Assembly (NCBI RefSeq): GCF_009914755.1
Contig: NC_060936.1
DNA length: 64,000 bases
Source of the DNA: the human T2T-CHM13v2.0 reference genome, Homo sapiens
Direction: 5' to 3' (one strand)
Part shown: positions 13,668 through 24,885 of the stretch, one piece after another
Layout: every line of letters starts with the position of its first letter
Position numbering within the stretch: position 1 is the first letter of the stretch
Position numbers and translations under genes: made by a program
Notes under the pieces: model-generated
Databases searched by the model: none
What the model saw: only the letters and a program-made list of their open reading frames with translations
Told to the model about the DNA's origin: nothing

Positions 13668-13810
13668 GCAACCCTACAATTATTACTTCTGTAGTACAGG
13701 TAGGCTTAAGTGAAAAGAAGGCTCTTTCTCCAGATCACACAGGCACTCAGTAAGGGAGTTGATATTCAAGTTGAATTTCTTGGACTCTGAAGCCTCTGCC
13801 TTAAACGCTG
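13668..13810 (-). mobile_element. MIR 5' half (3' half at 8847-8960)
   Basis: Reverse complement reads gtttaaggcagaggcttcagagtc...ctgtgtgatctggagaaag...taataattgtagggttgc and stops mid-element. Confidence 0.65.
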
Positions 13811-16313
13811 ATCTACGTGTGCTGAGGATATCAGAGGATTGTTCCACCTCTGATTTTGCTTTCAGCTGTGGTTTCTCTGACCTTTGTTTTGCATCTTTGT
13901 TTTGTTTCCCTTTGTGGATAGTGCTGGTCTATCGGTGAAGTCAGCTGGAGTAGGTTGCCGCTTTGGTCATGATGTCACAGGCTGAGGGTTAATGGGAGAA
14001 GCCCTTTGGCTTAGAGCAGCTGAGCTTGCTTGTTTGTGGCTGCTGCTGTGCTCTGCACAAATGGAGTTCGTTCTTGGCGTGGTTTATTGTAGGTTGAGGG
14101 GACCACTAGCTGCCTCATTTGAACTAAAGACCTTGACTTGCATTGAATTTTAAACATGGGCCCTGGGATAGAAAAGCTAATGTTTTATGGAACCAGCTAC
14201 AATTTAGTTACCATAACAACTTGGTAACCCTTATTCTGTCTTGGCTTGCTGCCTCTGAGTGTGATGTACAGCAGTCATTCTGGCCAGCTGAAATGGGCTC
14301 TCACCTTATTCTTGTTAGGCTTATTGATAAATAGCTTGGTTTCGTGATACACATTTCAAAGTCATCACCTTTTTTTATGCTGCTGACCTTCCCTTAAGCT
14401 GCAGGTTGTATAAGGAGAAACTGCAGGAGTAATGCTGTGCTGGTTTTCTGTTCCTGAGATATTTTACCATGAAATTGTATGCCTGTGTGTGTGTTGAGAG
14501 AAAGGGGTGGTGAGGAGGGAAATAGGTAGATGAATGAATTTGTGTTTGTGGAGCAGAGTATCATAGTAGTGTATTTCTGTCATCTGCAAAAGAAAAAAAA
14601 ACCTTTTGAAATAACAGTAACAGTAATTTAATCTTGTTCTTTAAACAGTGAATTTGACATACTCTGAAAAAGTTGTGGGCAATACAATTGAAGACGGGAT
14701 TCCTTTCTTTCATTCAAGCATTTTGTTATTCACTAAACTATTTAAATGTGAAACTTCCTTGATAAGTAACCTGAAGTAGAGTTTAAATTTTGTATATGGG
14801 AAAATAGTGAGGGGGCTGGTGGGAATTTGAGGGAAAACTTAGATCAGCTTTTTTTAAAAAAAAATTCCAGTAGGTAGAAGAGTGTTCTGTTCTGTTTCAT
14901 AAAGGGTTAGTAGGTATTTTGGTTGTGGGGAGGCAAAGGTAGGGTGTTGATGCCTTACGTATTCCTCCTTGGGAGATACAGATCTATATTTGTACTACAT
15001 GCTATGAAAAGGTCAGCAGTGGAGAAACCTATTTAACTGTTTCTTTCTGCATTTGGTCCCAGAGCCCCGTTTTCAGATAGGCAACTGTGAACATCTCATA
15101 GAACAATGTTTGGGAAGTGGTGCTTTAGAGGTGTAATAATAAAGAGGAAACCAAAGTCAGGATTTCACCTTCTATTCCTAACCCTCTCTGTAGTGATTTG
15201 GCTATAGAACAGATTCAGTACTTTTATTCTGTATTAAGAACTGATGCATTTTCTGTACTTCCCTCCCCAAATGTTAAAAAGGTCATTTCTTGTGGTTTGT
15301 GTTAGCCAAGACTCCATCTATGCATTGATTTGAGCAATTTGTATAACATTTTATTCTGCTTTTTCTCCTTATCTAAATATGACAGTATATTGCTAAGGGA
15401 CATTATAAAGTCACCTTTGGAGAATTCTAAAGGAAAACAGTGACCACCATTTTTATAGGATAGCTAGAGTTCAGTCTTCCAGTGGATAAAATGTGCATTC
15501 ACTGAAATCTGTGTTATCTTTATTCTAATTTGTTCACTTTAAAAAGTAATAATAAACCCCAAGCTGTTTTTGTACACTGGAGATAATTTAGACTAAGCTA
15601 CATACACCTTTCTTTTTTTAACAATGAAAAAACTCTCATCTAAAGAAGTGAGAAACCCAATGTCACCAAGTGAGAATACTGGATGTAGCATCTGAATCTC
15701 TGACTCCCCAAGAATGCATTTCCTTGTTTTGTCATTGGTAATCTTAAGAAGTTGAATTAAGCAAAAATATTTAGGAAAGGGATATTAAACCCCTCTTGAC
15801 AGTATCCCTCCTTTAAGAGATATGGCTCTCTAATACTTTGCCTGTTGTTTAAGATACAGACCTCTTATTAAGGAGGGAATTTTTGGGATTACTTTATTCA
15901 TGTATGCCTATCCATGATGTTATCCAGTGTTAAATTATTTTCTTCCAATACAAAAAAGCTGGAGGACAGCATATTTGAGTAATGAGGTGGGCAGGAACCA
16001 GGTCATTGACTACTGTTTACTACATATATGTTCTGACATTTATTTCTGGCCCAGTTAGCTTGCTGAATACTTAATCCTTTGTGTGCTAGTGGCCAGTATA
16101 TTGTGTGTGATTTAGCAGAGTCAGTAGCTTTTCTAATTCTGAACAGCCTTTGTGTACTGTGGTGTCTGTCCATGGTTAATAGTATTCAAATAACAATGCC
16201 ACTTGATGATTTTGAGGCAATTGTTAATCTCTGTCTGAAGCTTCCTCAGGTCCCATTTGCTAGAATTTTGTTGTCTTTCTCTTTTTTCCCTTCTCTTTTC
16301 TTTAAAAAATTTT

Positions 16314-16614
16314 GGCTGGGTGAAGTGGCTCATGCCTGTAATCCCAGCACTTTGGGAGGCTGTGGTGGGTGGATCACGAGGTCAAGAGATGGAGACCATT
16401 CCGGCCAACATGGTGAAACCCCGTCTCTACTAAAAATACAAAAATTAGCTGGGCGTGATGGCACGTGCCTGTAATCCCAGCTACTTGGGAGGCTGAGGTA
16501 GGAGAATCGCTGGAACCAGGGAGTCAGAGGTTGCACTGAGCCAAGATCTCTCCACTGTACTCCAGCCTGGCAATAGAGTGAGACTCTGTCTCAAAAAAAA
16601 AAAAAAAAAAAAAA
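16314..16614 (+). mobile_element. AluSc-like
   Basis: ggatcacgaggtcaagagatggagacc diagnostic region; long poly(A) tail. Confidence 0.95.
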
Positions 16615-17789
16615 TTCTACAAGAACATTGTATGAAATTTTGACATAACTGATTTTTGCATTTATGTTTAGATTAGAAAAATGTATGTCCTAAGCAAGGG
16701 AGTTAGATTCATCCAGCACTGTCTACATTATTACCCAAAGGAATTGTATGCTAGGAAAACTTGACGATGGAGGACCCAAATTTATAGGTTCATTTAATAT
16801 TTTCAAGCAATATTCTTTCCTGCTGATATAAAATTAGAGTTAGTGGCAGTCAACAACAGATAATACCTCAAAGTGGTATAACATGTTTTAAAATATTTTG
16901 GTCTTATACACACCGCAGGCAAAAGAAATAGCTGCTCGTGTGTATTACTGCTGAAATTCTGACTTTGTTTATTTTCTATAAACATAATAACTAGTTTCAT
17001 GTGAGTACATAATTTCTAGGAAGAAATTAGAAAGAGTTGGAGTAAAGTGGAACATACATAAGACATATTTACCTACTGCAAATATACTTCCTGGTATACA
17101 CTAACTCAATTTTTATTTTTAGGAAGGAAATCAGATAAAGACAATGTGTTAAATCCTTCTTGGCTTCAGAAATGTTAGTAGTTTGCATATTTTCTTAGGT
17201 GCTGTTAGCACGATTACTCATTTTCTGGCATGATGTGGTGAAAGCATGTCTTTATGAAGATTAAAATGAAAAGGAAAAGAGATATAAGGATTTGGCTTTT
17301 TGAAAATCATCTCCCAAGGCAGGGCAGACAAAGAAAGAAATGATCTATCTTGCCTCAATAAAGCTATAAAAATAAGGCATGCTTCAGGCATAAATAGGAT
17401 CAGAACCTAATGTGAATCAGATATAATAAAGACAAAAAGAAATGTGTTGACACTGTCGTTTCACATGCTTTTTTTGCTGCCCCGATTAGCTGATGAGCTA
17501 AAGACTACATATGTCATTTACTACTTGGTTAGTGAGTATGAGTTGGCTTCTCCATTCTGGTCAACTCTATCACTGATGGAATTGAGCTACACTAGACTGT
17601 GGTGAAATTAACTGAGTTTAAAGCATGCCCTTGGGGTGGGTGTCCAGCCTTTTCTGTTCAGTCCCCCACACTCTCACCAACTGACTTCCACAGAATGAGC
17701 CATGTGCTTTGGAAGTGTGAAGAATACATGTCTACTTTTAGGCTGCCATTTCTTGACAGGTGGTAATTGCTAGGAGGTGAGGGTTTATG

Positions 17790-18270
17790 TCATGGAAATC
17801 TTCACAGAAGTGATGTTTGAGTTGAGTCTTGCAGGGTCTATAACAGTTTGCAGGAGGCATGGAGAGGTAAAGTGACATGGCCTGTGTAGGGTACTAAAAA
17901 TATGATCAAAGTGCTGCCTGGCTGGAGCCTAGAACTAAAGGTTGGAAGGGGCAGTAAAGTCTTGAAGGGCAGATAGGATCTATATTATGCAGAACTCACA
18001 TGCTCTGCTAAGGGTTTAGAACCCGTGGCACTGGAAAGAATGATAGCTTGCATTTATAAAGGTAAGTCCACCAGCAATATGGGGGAAGAGCTAGAAGAGG
18101 GCTGAGACTTGAGAATAGGAGTTTAGTAGGGAAATGCATTCACTGGTTTATGTTAAAGGGGAGGAGGGCCCAGTTTAGTGTAGTGGTAGTGGCGATGGAA
18201 AGGTGCAGATGGCTGGAGAGAAATTTAGGTGCTATAATTACCAAGAGTTGGTAACATTCGAAATGGGGAG
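17790..18270 (-). mobile_element. L2 fragment
   Basis: ggaaatcttcacagaagtgatgtttgagttgagtcttg...ggtagtggcgatggaaagg...agagaaatttagg. Confidence 0.65.
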
Positions 18271-21200
18271 TGAAGGATGGTAATGAGAATTAAGTGAGAT
18301 ATTAGATCTTAAGTGCTTAACACAGTATACGGCACCTGGCACATTGTAAGCACAAAAGAAATGGAACATGTAATTCTGCTGTTACCCATAACGGCAATAA
18401 GAAACATCTTGGAGATTCCTGTCTGTAATAACAGTAACTCAGGACTTCACCTCTATGTAGCCCCATCTCCAAATACACATGAAACCTTACAGATTTCATA
18501 CTCTTGCATTTTTCTTTCTGTGGAGACTTTTCTTTATATGATGGCCTGACAATAATATTGAAGTACTTTATAGTGCTAATAACTTAATTTTTACATGCCC
18601 TTACCCAGTGACCTGCTACATTTTAAAAATGCACTCAGATGTGGACCACATCTGTTTACCTCTATGCTATCATTAAGAGAGAAAGTCCCAGCCTCCAATT
18701 CAAATTTGATTATTTGCCCAGGGTATTATTCTGTAAGTATTTCCTTTCTCTTTGTGTCTTTAGAGCTGTATTTTAATCCTTGTTTCAGACACAGTATTTC
18801 TTCCAATTTAGTAAGTTATGAAATGAAGCTATTCATAACTCTCCAGTAATACCAGCAAACAGTTCCTTGATAGTATGCTAAAACTGGGGCTGAGAAGTTT
18901 GAGAGTCTGTTGGTTTTATGCCCTGCCTTATACTCTACCATTTATAGACCAGTCTTGATTGTCTTATGCTGGTAGTGTCTGTTGTTTCAGATATGTCAAA
19001 GAGTCATTGGTGATTCATTAAACAAGCACTGAGCTAGGATTCAGAAGTCAATAAGATATTTTTTGCCCTTAAAACTTATAAAGCACAACTGTGGTTTCCA
19101 AAGTGAAAGGAAAAACAAATGCAAGTACAGATTTTTGTGGGAGTAATTGTCTCTTAGGGGATGGCAAAATTGGGGATGGTACAAAATAAGCGTCTGAGTA
19201 AGGATGCTTTCCAAGATCACTTTCAAGGTCAGTATGGTATTTTATGTGCTGCTGAAATTGACATTGCATCATGGTGTATTTCTGTCTGGTGATTGAGTTA
19301 ATCTTCATTGCAAGCATAGATAATTTTCCTTCAGGTATAGTCGTTTATTTATAGAAAGCTGTTAATTTAATTACTTTTAGTTAGTATCATTTCTCTTTGA
19401 TGCTAATAAACAAATTTTTCCACATTTTAAAATCTCTCAAATCTTTACAATTAATAATGCATCTTGGTTAATTGGCACTCTTCTCTTTTCCTCCCTAGTA
19501 AAATATGTTATTCCTTTATCATTTTTTTAATCTGTTGTTTCCTATTTTCTTGTTATAACATGATAGTGTATTTTACAATTGGTGGCAATGAATATTCAAT
19601 TAATACAGTAGTGTACATTACACTCAAAATTCCTGACTTATGCTAGTTTTTAAACTATATTATATTATGATTTCTATATTTATATGTTGTCTAATTTTGG
19701 CTAGTATACTCTGAACCACTTGAAACATGGGACTATGTATTTTATCTTTATATTCCACCATGGAACTTGCATATAGTAAGCACTTAAAGGTAGAATGAAT
19801 GGTAGAATTTACAGCTATTAGATACCCAATGCTTGCTTGTTGATTAAAGGCTCATAATAAATAGAAAATCACTTACAGGAAGTAGTTTCTGATCACATCA
19901 TCTGTGCCTGATGATGAGTCCATGCATCTAGGCATTGGAATAGTACTCTTCAGCTTTTGAATAGTTATTACATACCTTTCTGATCCATCTAGTGCTTAAT
20001 CTATTAAGTTTTCACAGAATTGTGCTGTCTCTGAAAATTCTTAGATCATATTTTACTATATGACTTATACATTAAGTATATATACATATATACATTATAT
20101 AATCTTTATGAATGAATGTTTATAATAGCTTGGGTTTTTTATAGTTCAAGTATTTTAGAGTGTTCAAATGTGTCACTATTTCTTTAGTTTATTGCTGTGG
20201 ATTTCTTTATTTTATTGCTGTATGCCTAGTTCCTAGAACAGTGTTTAGCACATAGTAGGTATTCAGGTGTTGAATGAATTAGAAATTGTAACACACTCTG
20301 TCTTCTTGGGGAGAGGAAAAATATCAGTATTTCAAAAATCTTTAGATTTGGTATATTGTTTGCAGTTTGATTCAGCTTTGATTTCCAAGTTGCATAAGTT
20401 TATCAGCTCTTAGGTTTGAAAGAGAGCTTAAAGCTATCTAGTCCAGCTTCCCTACAACAGAATAGCTAATGAATAGGTATCATATACACATCAGTAAGTA
20501 GAAACGACCAGTCACATAGCTGCGAAACACCACTGGGGAAAGGCTGATTCCTTAAGCACTTCCCCCCACTTAGCCCACCACTTAAGGCATTGTTTATAAA
20601 GGAACTACAGAAAATTATATTAAAGTGATTTGTGATGTCAGCTCAAAGGGCATAGAAGTGGCTTGTTGATTTGAGAGATCAAAACCTATTTTTCTATTGT
20701 GTTTATTCAGTCTGTTCTATCTTCTCTGCCAGTGGAAAATGGCCTAGGGATTAGAAGGAAAGAGGAATAAAGTATTTGAGCTGTGTTGGTGCCATATTGA
20801 AGGTTTTGAGTATTTTCTTGGTTCATTTGCTTAGTCCTGTTTTGATTAAAACCATATTTTGAGAAAAAGGAAACAAATGTTGGTAACTTAAATTTTGGAT
20901 GACCATTTGGCATTGGCAGCAAGCAACTCAGTTGCTAATTAGTCCTTAGAGTGTTTCCGAGTAGTGCATGTCATTATTCTATATGTGGTTAACATTTCCA
21001 GTGATCTCATAACATAGTCTATCTGGTCCAAAAGGCCCTGAAGTATTATGGAGTCTAAAGTGAGACTATAACCATCCTTCTAGGTATTCTTTCTAGACAA
21101 TTCTTACACACTAATTTATGAAGCTCTTCCTATCTTTAAGTCATGGTAATTTTTCTAAATAAAAATTTTCATTTTAAGTTGATATCTATTTCCCTAAACC

Positions 21201-22038
21201 TCCTAACCATTGTTACTACTTTGATATCTGGTGCCATCAAGAGCACATCTAATTCCCCTCACACATACCTATCTCTTCTTGAGTTGAGCTGACCTCCCCA
21301 GGCTAGATAATCTCCTTCATTGGCTTTTCACATGCCATGGCCTTAGGCCTTACCATCCTGATATCTTTAGATTAGCTGTATCTCTTTCGTCACATGCTAT
21401 TTTTAAAACTTTAAGAAGAATATAATATGATTATAATCTTGGATGTACTTATAGAGGATGTTTTTTGAAATAAGTGAAGTTTTATGCATTATGAAGTAAA
21501 ATTTTTTTCTTAACAGATAAAGCCAACCACCTCTGTTCAATTTATAGTGTTTGAAAGTGATCACTAGGTCTCTGTACCTAATATTATGATCTTTGTAAAG
21601 ACTCAATGATCATTGCTTCTCCCTCAACTATAAACATTTACAAACAAGACATAAACCTGTAATTGTATAGCTAAGACAACACTAGAAAGATTGTTTAATA
21701 ATGTATTTAGCATATGTAAATGAGATTAAAAAGTGAGAAGCTATATCATGTGTATTTGTTCCAGTCCAATTCTTGTTCATTAAAATGAAAGACAGTGTAT
21801 TCTATCTTGGAACATTGCCATTATAAAAATAAATGTCAATATGTTTCATACTCGCAGAATTTTCGCACTTGTCTACAAAATGCCAAAGGATGACTACATC
21901 AGTACTTCTGGGTGTGGGCAGTATATTCACAGTAGAATGACATCTATCATAAAAATGTAAGATTGTGCTCTGTTTTAGGGGAGTTTCCCAGTTGCAACGG
22001 TTGATTACACCAAATGCCTTCTTGATCGTTGTATTCTT

Positions 22039-22331
<293 letters not shown>

Positions 22332-22799
22332 TGATTGTTGTATTCTTAGATGAAAGGTAGGGACAGTCCATGTGTGGAAGTATTTGGTTTTTCTACCACT
22401 TACTCACTTCTTATTCGTTTTTCATTTCTGCTCTGGCTTTTCTAACTCTGTCTCTTCAATCATTTTCCCCCCTGCCTTGCTCTGAGCAGTGTGGGCATTA
22501 CTTAGTCCTAGTGGCGGCATAGAGATTTAATAAGATTGGTGACCTCTGGGCCACAGTGACTCTTGCCTGCCTGACAGTTGTTAACTCCTAGTGGGCTACA
22601 TAGGTAAGAAAAGTGAAGGGACAGGATTTGCAGGAGCTGCTGAAACAGAAGGTGTTGAAGACTGCAGACCTCTCCGTCAACACCTTTTTTTTTTTTTCTT
22701 TTCTAGCACTGGGTTTGGATGGGTGGGTGCTAGTTGGTTTACAATTAAATGACAGGAAGGAATTGGTAGATTTACACTCTATTTTTCTTTAAAATTTAT

Positions 22800-23069
22800 T
22801 TTCTTTTTTTTTTTTGAGATGGAGTCTCGCTCTGTAGCCCAGCCTGGAGTGAAGTGGCGCAATCTCGGCTCACTGCAACCTCTGCCTCCCAGTCCCGGTT
22901 CAAGCAATTACAGGCTTGTGCCACCATGCCCAGCTCATTTTTGTATTTTTAGCAGAGACGGGGTTTCACTGTGTTGGCCTGGCTGGTCTTGAACTCCTGA
23001 CCTCGTGATCTGTCCGCCTCTGCCTCCCAAAGTGCTGGGATTACAGGTATGAGCCACCATGTCTGGCCC
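22800..23069 (-). mobile_element. AluSg-like with ~32-nt internal deletion
   Basis: caagcaatt joins directly to acaggc; tgacctcgtgatc diagnostic. Confidence 0.9.
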
Positions 23070-23089
23070 TAAAATGTATTCTTATACCT

Positions 23090-23219
23090 TTATTTATTTA
23101 TTTGTAGAGACAGAGTCTCACCATCTTGCCCAGGTTGGTTTTGAACTCCTGGGCTCAAGTGAGCCTCCTGCCTCAGCATCCCAAATGGGATTACAAATGT
23201 CAGTCACCATGCCTGGCCC
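23090..23219 (-). mobile_element. FLAM/AluJ left monomer
   Basis: gtagagacagagtctcaccatcttgcccagg...ctcctgggctcaagtga...catgcctggcc. Confidence 0.85.
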
Positions 23220-23294
23220 AGTTTTCCTTAAACAAAAATGAAACCAAACCATAAGTATAGATAAATTTTATTACTAAAACTCTGTATTTATATA

Positions 23295-24885
23295 CACACT
23301 TTTTTTTTTTGAGTAGTTTTAGGTTTATAGCAAAACTGAGTGGAAGGTACAGAGATTTTTCATATACCCTCTGCCCTAATAGCTGCATAGCCTGCCTCAT
23401 CATCAACATCCTCCACCAGAGTGGTACATTTCGTTATAATAATTGAACTTATATCCACACATCACTTTTATCTAAAGTCCATTGTTTCCATTGGGATTCA
23501 CTTTTGGTGTCACACATTCTGTGGTTTTGGACAAATGTATATTGACGTGTACCCAACATTATGATATCCTGCAGAGTAGTTTCATCGCCCTAAAAATTCT
23601 CTGTGTTCTGCCTATTCATTCCTTCCTCCCTGCTAACCCTGTCAAATCTCTTTACTGTCTCCATAGTTTCACTTTTCCCAAAATGTCAGAGTTGGAATTA
23701 TATAGTATGTAGCCTGTGTAGTAAGCAGATTGGTTTCTTTTGCTTAGTAATATACATTTCAGTTTCTTTCATGTCTTTTCATGTCTTGATAGCCCATTAC
23801 TTTTTAGGGACGAATAACATTTCATTGTCTGGATGTACCACAGTTTTTCCATTCATCTACTGCAGGACATCTTGGTTGCTTCCCGGTTCAGACAATTATG
23901 AGTAAAGCTGCTGTAGCTATCTGTAGGCAGGTTTTTGTCTAGACATAAGATTTCAGCTCTTTGGGGTAAATACCAAGGGGCTGCATCATATGTTAAGAGT
24001 ATGTTCAATGTTCCAAGAAACCGCTAAACTGTTTTCCAAAATGGCTGTACCATTTTGCATTCTTGCCAGCCATGAATGAGAGTTCCTGTTGTTGCACATC
24101 CTTGCCAGCATTTAGTGTTGTTGGTGTTCTGGATTTTGCCATTCTAATAGGTGTGTTGTGGTATTGAATTGGTGTTTTAATTTGCATTTTTCTGGTGGAG
24201 CATCTTTTCATATGCTTTTCCCCCATCTATACAGCCTCTTTAGTGAGGTGTCTGTTAAGGTGTTTGGCCCATTTTTAAATCAGGTTGCTTTCTTATTGTG
24301 TTTTGGAGAGTTCTTTGTATAGTTTGGATAATGAGCCTTTAATCATTTGCACATATTTTCTCCCAATCTATGGGACAGCAGAAAATTTTAATTATAATGA
24401 AGACAAATTTATCCATTCTTTTTCATGGATTGCGCCTTCGGTATCATATCTAAAAAGTCATTGCTAAACCCTAGGTTATCTAAATTTTCTCTTATGTTAT
24501 CTTGCAGGAGTTTTATAGTTTTGTGTTTTACACTTAGGTCTATGATTCATTTTGACTAAATTTTTGTGAAAAGTGTATGATCTGTGTCTAGATTAATCTT
24601 TTTTTATTGCATGTGGATGTCCAGTTGTTTCAGCACTATTTGTTGAAAACACTATTTTTGTTCCATTATGTTGTCTTTTTTCCTTTGTCAAAGATCAGCT
24701 GACTGTATTTATATGGATCTATTTCTGGGGTCTCTATTCTGTTCCATTGATCTATTTGCCTTTTCTTTCATCAAACCACACTATCTTGATGACTGTGGAT
24801 TTATAGTAAGTCTTGAACATGAGTAGGGTCACTCGTGCAACTTTGTTCTTCATTTTTAATATTGTGTTGGCTATCCTGGGTTTTA
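23295..24885 (-). mobile_element. L1MC1-like 3' end plus ORF2 C-terminal remnant
   Basis: 3'UTR ttttaggtttatagcaaaactgagtggaaggtacagag; ORF 24005-24226 KHMKRCS..MQIKT..YH.TPIRMA resembles ORF2p. Confidence 0.88.

Noticed and set aside
17484-17510. CTGATGAG hammerhead-like core
   Set aside because: It sits in a small ttagct/agctaa hairpin and lacks the stem II-GAAA and cleavage-site architecture.
19905-19990. CTGATGATGA ... CTGA as a snoRNA or hammerhead ribozyme core
   Set aside because: No GAAA after the putative stem II, no stems I/III, and no snoRNA terminal stem.
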